Below are positions 10,501 to 15,540 of a DNA stretch of 53,590 nt, in pieces. A program made the translations under genes and the position numbers. Source of the stretch: Alphaproteobacteria bacterium (GTDB lineage Bacteria; Pseudomonadota; Alphaproteobacteria; UBA8366; GCA-2717185). A model generated the notes under the pieces. That model made no database searches, had not been told where the DNA came from, and saw only the letters and a list, made by a program, of their open reading frames with translations. The stretch spans positions 1 through 53,590 of the forward strand of contig JAJFJC010000025.1 in assembly GCA_021774385.1 (NCBI GenBank), written 5' to 3'. Each line of letters begins with the position of its first letter. The first letter of the stretch is position 1.

Positions 10501-10516
10501 GTGCGCGAAACGCCAC
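1..10516 (-). CDS. Giant RTX / FG-GAP repeat protein, probable type I-secreted adhesin (5' part only; the 3' end lies beyond the window start, more than 3,500 codons visible)
   Basis: The reverse frame with codon first bases at coordinate = 1 mod 3 is consistent at four hand-checked points (112, 3622, 8506, 10516). All 14 reverse ORFs the track lists in 1-10500 are in the 0 mod 3 frame and none is in this one, as expected for a frame with no stop in the window. GTG at 10514-10516 is the first start-capable codon after the in-frame TGA at 10553-10555, with GGAGAGGA ending 8 nt upstream. The translation carries AGDVNGDGxxDxxVGA (FG-GAP/VCBS) and GGxGxDxL (RTX) motifs throughout. Confidence 0.85.
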   Translation of the reverse strand, partial: MAFRAPATTPVSVGRLENTDSLEPLTTVDVTPGESVLLPSGRFLSDAAYLQQGDDLVLIGTDGTTFIVRDYFLLDNPPDLVTPEGGRMTAAMVRSFTPPEAAGQYAAAGDQLAQAGQPIGQVKDLTGQAFAVRTDGTRVALSAGDPVFQGDVIETGDGGAINLLFVDETTFALGDSARLALDEMVYNPATQQGQSSFSILKGVFVFVSGQIASTDNTKMTVTTPVATIGIRGTKVAGDVKPAGEETKFTVIDGEIAIVTQGGTVIMSDQYATTIVTNFLAPPSEPVVLSQSQIDANYGSASNAPGGLGAPSQGGQGPTGGEGEGRPGGEGEAEGRSLGGVEGPAEGEEAKGEGEGEGEGEGGLEDIAPAAGDGDEGEGDEGDEGDEGDEGENVDIVSVTGGEFSDENIQEQQQQEEEEPDFGKDEADKASSGDGGDGGDAGGGEGEGGEALIDEDDDDDDEVIEFEIGEFGLPITFDGRGATEPQSFAGGEGAEQIIGSSFGDNLSGEGGGDVILGGDGNDIIDGGEGDDFLVGGAGNDNVIGGAGDDTLIAASGQGNDTYNGGDGVDTAVFSSAVEPVTVNLGSGSASGIDIDSDTLIGIENVKGGAGGDTITGNGADNSLSGAGGDDTLNGGGGDDTVSGDAGDDLVIGSVGNDFYDGGSGTDTLSFSGTAETMIFDLSAGTLVNVQNTSQTLPPPQILTTITQFASRAVFDAAVGFTTLEDFTSTSHFPINSGILNQFTTEAGLVAGDIEPGVTYSTPVGSGSFFNIDAGGGFAGGFLDSLIGTGPRALTITFDTPSSAFGFDTNSSMGSAFDITINFSSSGSLSDTLAVSGTSFFGFQSDQADIASVVIQGDSTSFNYALDNFSFGGGASVFSTNSSFTNFEQFVGGSGADVFIGSGGNDTIDAAGGDDTILGSFGNDFIDGGTGTDILVYDFDGLTVDFQAGTVSGAGFIDTFVNIAQVLTTGDQSITGSDGDDILLGGLGNDLIDGRGGNDDIDGSSGNDIIIGGAGNDAIDGGDGDDSLFGDAGDDSIFGGAGNDTFVAASGEGNDTYNGGDGVDTVVFSSTSSALDIDLTEGFANGDFLVGNDRLIEIEGVTSGDGDDVILGSNSDNLILGAAGADTIEGLAGIDFLFGGAGNDIIDGGTGDDILDGGDGDDTLTGGAGSDIIGAGTGNDTLFASGDAADDTYDGGTGFDVLDYSNVGSPLTVDLGAQTAEFSTGSAAVLDTFVGIESFVGGSNGDEISTSAGVDTVDAGGGDDTIFGSFGNDFIDGGAGNNVLVYDFEGVTVDLQAGTVSGAGFIDTFVNIAQVLTAGDQNITGTGGDDTLPGGLGNDTIDGSGGNDNIDGSSGNDIILGGAGNDLLAGGDGGDTITGGAGDDTVDGGAGDDTLIAATGTGNDTYDGGDGADTIDFSSATNSVSVDLSTGFASGQDIDSDTLTNIEHVIGGAGNDTITGDALGNTLSGATGDDDIDGGAGDDVLLGDAGDDFLTDGLGADLSEGGAGNDTLFVSNDTSVDTFDGGTGEDTLELLVGGTVDLEQGTATTGATDTVTGIENVTGSASGDVIVGDANANTIDGGDGDDTLTGGAGDDVVIGGAGSDTLIAGSGLGDDDYDGGVGGIDTIDFSSTTLGISVDLFAGTASGDEIGNDTITGIDRVIGGTGDDLLIASDNGDTLEGGDGDDQLEGGTGNDRLDGGTGANLLLASAGNDVLTGGTQGTNDDFNQVDYSAGTASVVINLGDSGSDGSVSGSEFGTDTLQFIDRIFGSQAGDTFFASASHLGQFGSFNEFEGMQGDDTITGNDATRIGYSRSSAAVTVDLGAGTADDGFGGTDTLLGGISQVRGSSNDDTLLGGDGANFESFRGQAGNDFIDGGGGTNDRVDYLNSNAGVTVDLSGGATVTAGDGFGGTDTITNIERIRGSGFGDTLTGDAGNNKLEGEGGNDNLSGGDGSDTLEGDAGNDTLDGGAGVDLLKGGAGDDFLTGSIGGDFLNDFNTADYTDATAGITANMSTTGTVTGDASVGTDTLENIDRLFGSNFADTFTADNLHSANFGDFIDIEGQGGNDVINGNDNTRISYQKATGGVTVDFGAGTAVGDASVGSDTFTNVSQVKGSAFADTLVGSDGTDFESFRGLGGNDFIDGGGGTNDRVDYVGSGSGVTVDLSTGATVTVSDGLGGTDTITNIERIRGSEFDDTLTGDAGFNILQGRGGNDVLDGSGGADDLRGEDGDDTIVFDAADSAVDGGAGDDTLRVDGEGAGIDLTLSTPAISNIETVDLTGTGGNSLTISESSLLSVTDAENILVVTGDTDDKVFTTEAFSNGGTTNFEGVDFQLFTSGVGTLLVDTDITVTDSSELTLAPTSFSQLDGSNGFELLGGTASDLSGQAVSGLGDINNDGFADFGVAKAGNEAGPGDEIFVVFGAANTGSSVNLDDVGGSLPGFNIVAEGASDGLTQVADAGDVNGDGIDDLIVGTYNNGVGGAAYVVFGTGSFASSINLTNVAAGTGGFKIVGESAGDQAGASVAGAGDVNGDGFGDVIVGAPLDDANFRGSSGTAFVVFGSATPAATVNLSDVVNDNGGFAIFGEANIDLTGSAVSGAGDVNGDGIDDVLVGSSLNDGNGGASGSAYLIFGNAAGPTSIDLALLNTAQGVRMTGQAINNFAGTSVSAAGDVNGDGISDLIVGAIGNDEGGTDAGAAYVVLGANGFSSGSFVLGGNGYKIIGAVAGDDAGISVSGAGDINGDGIDDLLVGARANTGADTGSVFVVFGVSGGSSTIDLADVALGTGGFRITGEATDDFAGESVSAAGDVNGDGYDDLLVGAPGNDEGATGGGAAYIVYGGDFSSAVTQEGDVNANAFNGTAGIDVLIGGGGNDLLTGNGGADVLRGGSGDDTLLIGDATFSRLDGGLGDDTLTVSGAGVAVDLTAIGDEKLSGIETVGLTSNNTLTLESRDVAAMSDTNTLSVLGDGTNSIVTADTWDVGTNVTIESQEFFSFTRDGKTLLVDIDVDVDGVQTNLGIDLGLLNGANGFKIIGENGDDRAGQVSDAGDVNGDGIGDILVSAFQDDAGGVDAGAAYVLFGSTAGFSASIDLGAIAGGAGGFKITGEAAGDHATSAASAGDVDGDGFGDIILGATYNDISGTVTGSTYIVFGSAGPTAVDLSTAVLGTDFVKFVGEVSGDAAGFFVSSAGDVNGDGLDDVLIGAPFNDGAGASSGAAYVVFGDTFAPTSVLNLTDVVANFDGFKMTGEFSPDFAGLAVSAAGDVNGDGVDDIIVSAPGNDAGGSSAGAAYVVFGEADGGSSVSLGSLGTAGFKIIGQIDNDSAGGSVSGGGDFNGDGIADLIVGAAGDDTGGVDAGATYVIFGASGLGADIDLDAIPANGGIKIIGETAGDQSGYSVSIAGDVNGDGLDDVIIGAPTSTVGGTDSGAAFVVFGTTASITSINLTDVANGTGGFFIDGEAADDKAGGSQISNRGKAVSAAGDVDGDGFDDVLVGSELNDEGGVDAGAGYLIFGRDF
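2030..3440 (-). repeat. FG-GAP/VCBS repeat array 1 (about seven units)
   Basis: Same unit as array 2, for example AGDVNGDGIDDLIVG, AGDVNGDGFGDVIVGAP, AGDVNGDGISDLIVGA, AGDINGDGIDDLLVGA, AGDVNGDGYDDLLVGAP. Confidence 0.8.
3640..9080 (-). repeat. RTX (hemolysin-type Ca-binding) beta-roll module array with higher-order duplications
   Basis: Dense GGxGxDxL/I nonapeptides alternate with xVDLxxGxAxGxxxGxDTLxxIExVxGS linkers. Units of about 1.05 kb recur: the + strand shadow ORFs 6315-6563 and 7362-7610 are clear paralogs exactly 1047 bp apart. Units of about 0.79 kb also recur (FESFRGxxGNDFIDGGGGTNDRVDY at about 4070-4200 and 4860-4990). The array is interrupted at about 7870-8470 by a non-repeat insert. 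Confidence 0.75.
9345..9389 (-). repeat. Perfect 9-bp tandem repeat x5 (TCTCCCTCG on the + strand), in frame, encoding (GDE)n inside the acidic linker of the giant protein
   Basis: Counted base by base: five identical copies at 9345-9353, 9354-9362, 9363-9371, 9372-9380 and 9381-9389. Confidence 0.95.
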
Positions 10517-10629
10517 TACGGATATCCTCTCCGCCCCCTGTTGGCGCGCCTTTCACGTACCGAATTTACCCATCGGCATCGTGGCGCTTCCATTGTAACC
10601 CGGCCTTACCCCTAAAGCCGTTACGAGGC

Positions 10630-10659
10630 AATTTTCAGAGCAAAATATGCCTGAAAATT
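10630..10659. promoter_or_regulatory. Inverted repeat AATTTTCAG-N12-CTGAAAATT in the AT-rich leader/promoter region of the giant gene
   Basis: Perfect 9-bp arms read directly, 115-145 nt upstream of the GTG at 10516. It could be an operator or a 5'-UTR hairpin; the function is unknown. Confidence 0.3.
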
Positions 10660-10743
10660 CGCACAAATGCAATCTAAACGAATCAACACAACAGTAATAT
10701 CAATAAGTTCCACTAAAGCGAGAAGAGCCGCCGGCTTTCTCGG

Positions 10744-12096
10744 CTATTGTTTAGCGAGGCCGAGTGCGGCGGGTGTGAGGGTGCCGGTGCGGCGGGCCAG
10801 CAGGTAGCTGGCGATGCGGGCGTCGAACTCGGCCGAAATCTGGTTGATCCGCGCGCTGAACACCTCGCGCTCCGCGTCCAGAACGTTCAGCGACGTCTCC
10901 TTGCCCGCTTCCCGCAAGCGCTTCTTCGCATTGAACACCTCGATCGCCAAATTCACCGCGTTGTTCAGCAAGTCCACACGACGATGCTCCGTCAGCAAGC
11001 GGTCCCAGGCCACCCGGACGTCCTCCTCCACACGCCGTACCGCGAAATTGTAGCTGCTCTTCCGCGCCGCCAGTGTCCGCGTTGCGCTCTCAACCCGCGA
11101 CCGCGTCCGGAAACCGCTGAAAAACTCCCAACGCGCCCGAACCAATAGCGATTGCTCCCGCTCGATGCCCCGCGTCGTCCCCACATTCTTCTCGTAATCA
11201 AGCGTGCCCACAAGATCAACCGTCGGATAATAGTCCGCCCGCGCGATACGGCCCTGCTCGCGCGCCGCATCCGCCTGATAGCGCGTCTGACGCAAGGCCG
11301 GATGATATTGCGACGCCGTCGCGATCGCGCTCTCCAGGTCTGGCGCCACCAAATCCGCCGGCGGCACGCCCTCCTCAAGCGTCGACACCTCCGGCAAATG
11401 ACCGAAAAGCTGCTTGTAACGCGCCAGCGCTTCCTGCAAGCGGCCCTCGAACGCAACCCGCTGCTCCTTCGCCACCTGAAGGCGCGATTTCGCCTGCAAA
11501 ACATCAACCGCGATACCTGAACCGCGCTGAACCCGTTCGTCCTCAAGGCGAAGCTGCGTACGGATCGTGCTCTCCGTGCTCTGCGCCACCGCGATCAAAC
11601 GCACATTGCGCAAAACATCCAGATACTGGTTCAAACCCTGAAACAGCAATTCCTGGCGCGTGTTCTCAAGGCTCATCTGCTGCTCAACATGGCCCAGCTC
11701 CGCCGCGTTCAAACCCGCCTCGTCCCGGAAACCATTGAAAAGATTCTGTGTCGCCGTCAAGGTCAGCTTGTCCCGGCGGATGCTAAACGCGCCAAGGTCA
11801 CTCAAACGGCGCGTCGGCTCGTCCGTACGCTCCGAACCGCTATCCCCGGAAAGCTCAAAGCGCGGCAAATACGCCGCACGGGCCTCCTCGATACGCGCCC
11901 GTGCCGCGGAAGCCTCGTTCCGCGCCCGACGTAAATCCGGATGCTCCAAAAGCAAGCTGTCCAATTCCGGACGCAAAGGTTCGCCCGATACCGAAACCGA
12001 CATCGAAACAAACACCAATATCAACAGAAAGCTTAACGGCCTTAACCGCAATCTCGAACCCCGACCAATATGCGAACGCTCCTCTTTATCGCTCAT
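10744..12096 (-). CDS. tolC: TolC-family outer-membrane efflux/type I secretion protein
   Basis: 450 aa with a signal-like LSFLLILVFVSMSVSVSG. Two-repeat architecture with the typical LPRFELSGDSG, YYPTVDLVG and coiled-coil Arg/Glu/Ala-rich helices. Sits directly upstream of the RTX gene and is co-oriented with it. Confidence 0.85.
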   Translation of the reverse strand: MSDKEERSHIGRGSRLRLRPLSFLLILVFVSMSVSVSGEPLRPELDSLLLEHPDLRRARNEASAARARIEEARAAYLPRFELSGDSGSERTDEPTRRLSDLGAFSIRRDKLTLTATQNLFNGFRDEAGLNAAELGHVEQQMSLENTRQELLFQGLNQYLDVLRNVRLIAVAQSTESTIRTQLRLEDERVQRGSGIAVDVLQAKSRLQVAKEQRVAFEGRLQEALARYKQLFGHLPEVSTLEEGVPPADLVAPDLESAIATASQYHPALRQTRYQADAAREQGRIARADYYPTVDLVGTLDYEKNVGTTRGIEREQSLLVRARWEFFSGFRTRSRVESATRTLAARKSSYNFAVRRVEEDVRVAWDRLLTEHRRVDLLNNAVNLAIEVFNAKKRLREAGKETSLNVLDAEREVFSARINQISAEFDARIASYLLARRTGTLTPAALGLAKQ

Positions 12097-12448
12097 CCAA
12101 AGCCACCGGCGACAAAGCGCGCCAAGTGGTCCAATATTTCAAGAATCAATTGCCCCGCACAAATTAGAGCGGAACATCAAGGACATGACAAATTAACCTG
12201 AAAAAACCTCAAAATAAGAGACGAACTACTCTAGTGTTCTGCATCGTCAAATAATTTGCAAGTAATAATTACGAATTTAACAATCAATATGAACAAGATT
12301 ACAGCAAAAGCAAAACAATCATATGCTGCAAAACTAATATAAAATACACCAAATTTTGATGGACAATGTCGAACTTTCGCCGTGCCGGACGAACAAACAT
12401 CGCATATATAGTTTACTTTACCGTAGGGCGATAAGCTGGGGTTTAACG

Positions 12449-13066
12449 GTGAAAACGCACAGGCTTTTATTTTTCGGCACCGCGGCTTTGGTTCTTGGCT
12501 TAACCGCGATCATCGCAACATTTTGGGTACATGAAACGACGGGAAACCAAGCGCATACGCTTGTTCTCCAAAAAGCACTGCAAAATGTGATCCCACCACG
12601 CGATACCAAATTCAACCTCATCGATCATACTGGCAGGCCCGTGACGGAACGAACCTTTCGCGGCCGCTTCATGCTGGTCTATTTCGGCTATACGCGCTGC
12701 GTCGATATCTGTCCGCATGACCTCGCGGCGGTAGCCGGCGCGCTCGATCTGCTCCGGGACCGTGAAATCGAGATTCAGCCCCTATTCATCACCATCGACC
12801 CCGAAATAGACACGCAAGCGGTATTGTCCAACTATGTCTCTCTCTATCACCCGAAAATTATCGGCCTAACCGGCCCCCTCGCCCGAGTTACCGCGGCGGC
12901 GAAATCCTATGGCGCCTCCTTCGAGAAGGAGCAAATCCCAAGTTTTACCGGTCACGGGCATTCGGCGAACTTGTATCTAATCGGTCGCGATGGCGAGTTC
13001 TTGCGTGCTTTCCGTACCCCCACGACGGGAGAGGTCATCGCCTCTATCATCAAGCTTTATCCGTGA
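12449..13066 (+). CDS. SCO1/SenC-family copper chaperone / thiol-disulfide protein
   Basis: Motif FGYTRCVDICPHDL (CxxxCP) plus a downstream His (GHGHSANLYLIGRDGEF) and a single N-terminal TM helix. The track ORF starts at 12356, but that extension lies in AT-rich non-coding-looking sequence. GTG at 12449 (VKTHRLLFFGTAALVLG) is preferred. Confidence 0.8.
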   Translation: MKTHRLLFFGTAALVLGLTAIIATFWVHETTGNQAHTLVLQKALQNVIPPRDTKFNLIDHTGRPVTERTFRGRFMLVYFGYTRCVDICPHDLAAVAGALDLLRDREIEIQPLFITIDPEIDTQAVLSNYVSLYHPKIIGLTGPLARVTAAAKSYGASFEKEQIPSFTGHGHSANLYLIGRDGEFLRAFRTPTTGEVIASIIKLYP

Positions 13067-13113
13067 TATGGCGGGAAAGTGATATAGTCAGCCGACCCTA
13101 TCCAGGAGAGGCG

Positions 13114-14313
13114 ATGATGCGTGAAATCGACCGGAACAGGCAATTTCAACAGATTGAATCCTATATCGACGAATTAACAACAGTTCGCCGCGATATACAT
13201 CGGCACCCCGAAACCGCATATGAAGAGAACCGGACCGCCGATATCGTTGCCGCGCGCCTGGAAGCATGGGGTCTGGACGTACATCGAGGCCTCGGTGGCA
13301 CAGGCGTGGTAGGCACCCTCCGCAGCGGCGACTCTAATAGGGCCATCGGTTTTCGTGCCGACATGGATGCGCTGTTCATTCAGGAAAAAAACACGTTCGA
13401 CCACCGGTCGGTCCATGACGGAAAGATGCATGCCTGCGGTCATGACGGCCATACCACGATGCTTTTGGGTGCCGCGCGATATCTCTGCGAGAACAATGAT
13501 TTCAATGGCACGCTGCATTTTATATTTCAGCCGGCCGAAGAAGGCGAAGCCGGTGCCAAGGCGATGATGGATGACGGCCTTTTCGATCTATTCCCCTGCG
13601 ACGCCATTTACGGACTTCACAACATGCCGGGTATCGAAGCGGGGCATATTGGCTTGCGGGTTGGACCGATCCTCGCGGCCAGTGACCGCTGGACGGCGGA
13701 GTTTAAGGGGTCGGGTGGACATGGCTCGATGCCGCACAAGGGTACCGACCCAACCGTCGCGGTCGCGCAATTCATCGGTGCCATGCAAACCATCGTCAGC
13801 CGAAACGTGAATCCAATCGATACGGCGGCCATCAGCGTCGGTCATATCGCTGGCGGCGACCCCGGCGCCCTCAATATAATTCCGTCCGACGTTATCGTGG
13901 GCGGCACCGCGCGTTCCTTCACCGATACGACACGGGACATAATCGAGCGGCGGCTGGGCGAAGTTGCCGAAGCGGTTGCCGGCGCACATGGCTGCGATGT
14001 CGAACTTTCTTATATTCGCGGCTATCCGCCGACGGTGAATTGGCGCGAACAGACCGAAATCGCGGTGCGCGCCGCCGAAGCAGCGGTCGGCGCGGAACGA
14101 ACCGATCCCAACCTCAACCCCCTTCCCGGCGGCGAGGATTTCTCGTTCATGTTACAGCAAGTTCCTGGTTCTTATGCCTTCATTGGCAACGGATTTACGG
14201 ATCCGGACGAATTTGTTCATGCGCCGCGTTATGATTTCAATGATGACATCATCGCGAACGGCGTAAATTACTGGGTTGAACTGGCCAAAGCGGAACTCGA
14301 GGAAATGCCGTAA
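13114..14313 (+). CDS. M20D-family amidohydrolase (hippurate hydrolase / N-acyl-amino-acid amidohydrolase like)
   Basis: Motifs RRDIHRHPETAYEE, MHACGHDGH and FQPAEEG. ATG at 13114 is preceded by AGGAGAGG; the track ORF begins earlier, at 13063. Confidence 0.85.
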   Translation: MMREIDRNRQFQQIESYIDELTTVRRDIHRHPETAYEENRTADIVAARLEAWGLDVHRGLGGTGVVGTLRSGDSNRAIGFRADMDALFIQEKNTFDHRSVHDGKMHACGHDGHTTMLLGAARYLCENNDFNGTLHFIFQPAEEGEAGAKAMMDDGLFDLFPCDAIYGLHNMPGIEAGHIGLRVGPILAASDRWTAEFKGSGGHGSMPHKGTDPTVAVAQFIGAMQTIVSRNVNPIDTAAISVGHIAGGDPGALNIIPSDVIVGGTARSFTDTTRDIIERRLGEVAEAVAGAHGCDVELSYIRGYPPTVNWREQTEIAVRAAEAAVGAERTDPNLNPLPGGEDFSFMLQQVPGSYAFIGNGFTDPDEFVHAPRYDFNDDIIANGVNYWVELAKAELEEMP

Positions 14314-14354
14314 TCGAAGGTTTCCCGCATCCCGACTTCAAAGGTCATTTAATT

Positions 14355-14456
14355 TCAAAGGTCACCAAGAAAGCTTTCCAGCGCCTCATTCACATCGTCT
14401 GTTTTCTCGCTAATTATGCCATGTCCCGCGCATGTTTTGGAAAAACTCACTTCATT
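14355..14456 (-). pseudogene. C-terminal remnant (about 33 codons) of an alpha/beta-hydrolase gene
   Basis: The reverse translation NEVSFSKTCAGHGIISEKTDDVNEALESFLGDL* aligns with the C-terminus of the intact hydrolase at 19899-20654 (PGAGHGVNVEKPDTVNGALESFLERL*). It is bounded upstream by an in-frame TGA (14457-14459) and has no start codon or catalytic core. Confidence 0.6.
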
Positions 14457-14478
14457 TCATACGTACTTCGCGGCGCCT

Positions 14479-15420
14479 TTAACACTGCCTCAAATTCTCT
14501 TTATCCGGGCCGGCACAGGGCAACAGCCCGCCAACCGCTCCCGAAAGATCCCCCGCTCCAATTGCATCCATCATTTCGCGTGCGTTGGCATCGCTTGGTG
14601 ATGCAATCAACGCCGAGGCCTGAGGCACGGACTTCAGCGCAGCTTTAGCATCCTCGGCTCGCTTCATTTGCGCTGCCTTGTATTGTTGGTCGGCTCCCGC
14701 CGAGGCGGACGCATCTGTAGCGGAAACAAGCTTCGCGGCCTGACCGGCGACAAATAACCTGGCTAATTGCGCAGCCGAACGTTTTTGCAGCCAGTGGCTC
14801 ATTTTGCCCTGGGAAAACAGGACGATTTCAAAGGACTGATTTATTGGATGCCCCGCTCCCAGCATCGTAGCGAAAGCCTCGCCGCTGATTTCCGGACGGG
14901 CCAGGCCATGACACTTCATGCAATTGACCGCCAGATCGTAGGGCATCGAGGCCCAGGCCAACCCGGCATGCTTGGAATCGGCAATCCGCTTGGATTTGTG
15001 ATCCGCCGTCTCCGCTTCCCGCTTGACGTTCTTGCCGCCATAATCGAAGTGGATGGGCTCCCAGTTGGACGAGGCGCCGTGGCAGCTTTCGCAGGAGGGG
15101 CCGGTCTTGATTTTAGGCTTGGCTTCCGCTGATTTCCGTTCACTCGAATAATGGCAGACGACGCAGTCCTTGTTGCGCTTCATGTTCTTCTTGCCGCCCA
15201 CGGCAACAGCAATCTTCTTCGCGTCCTTCGCCTTGTGCACGTTGCGGTACGAGGAGAAATGCTTGGTTCCTTCCCAAACCTTATATTCATCCCTGTGGCA
15301 ATCCTGGCAGGTTTTCAAGCCTTGTGAAAAGGGTTTGGCGATCGCCGACGGCGTCCATGCGAACGCCGCGAACAATATCGCCAATAACGCCGTCAAACGT
15401 CCGATGGATGAAACCGACAT
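14479..15420 (-). CDS. Tetraheme c-type cytochrome, secreted/periplasmic
   Basis: Signal peptide ending AWTPSAIA. Four CxxCH motifs (CQDCH, CVVCH, CESCH, CMKCH). Ala/Gln-rich C-terminal third ending in two Cys. SD GGGGGAG lies before the ATG. Confidence 0.85.
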   Translation of the reverse strand: MSVSSIGRLTALLAILFAAFAWTPSAIAKPFSQGLKTCQDCHRDEYKVWEGTKHFSSYRNVHKAKDAKKIAVAVGGKKNMKRNKDCVVCHYSSERKSAEAKPKIKTGPSCESCHGASSNWEPIHFDYGGKNVKREAETADHKSKRIADSKHAGLAWASMPYDLAVNCMKCHGLARPEISGEAFATMLGAGHPINQSFEIVLFSQGKMSHWLQKRSAAQLARLFVAGQAAKLVSATDASASAGADQQYKAAQMKRAEDAKAALKSVPQASALIASPSDANAREMMDAIGAGDLSGAVGGLLPCAGPDKENLRQC

Positions 15421-15540
15421 GACTCCCCCTAGACCAATTAATTAAAAAAACGGCTTGCAGATAGCGCGCCCTATAGATCGTCAATGACTTTTGACCAGCC
15501 GCGAAATACCGGTCTGTCGAGACCGCTGACAAAGCGGCCC

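Noticed and set aside
10700-10743. An intrinsic terminator after tolC (GCGAGAAGAGCC-GCC-GGCTTTCTCGGC).
   Set aside because: The stem is imperfect and needs a bulge, and it is followed by only a short T run. It is too weak to call.
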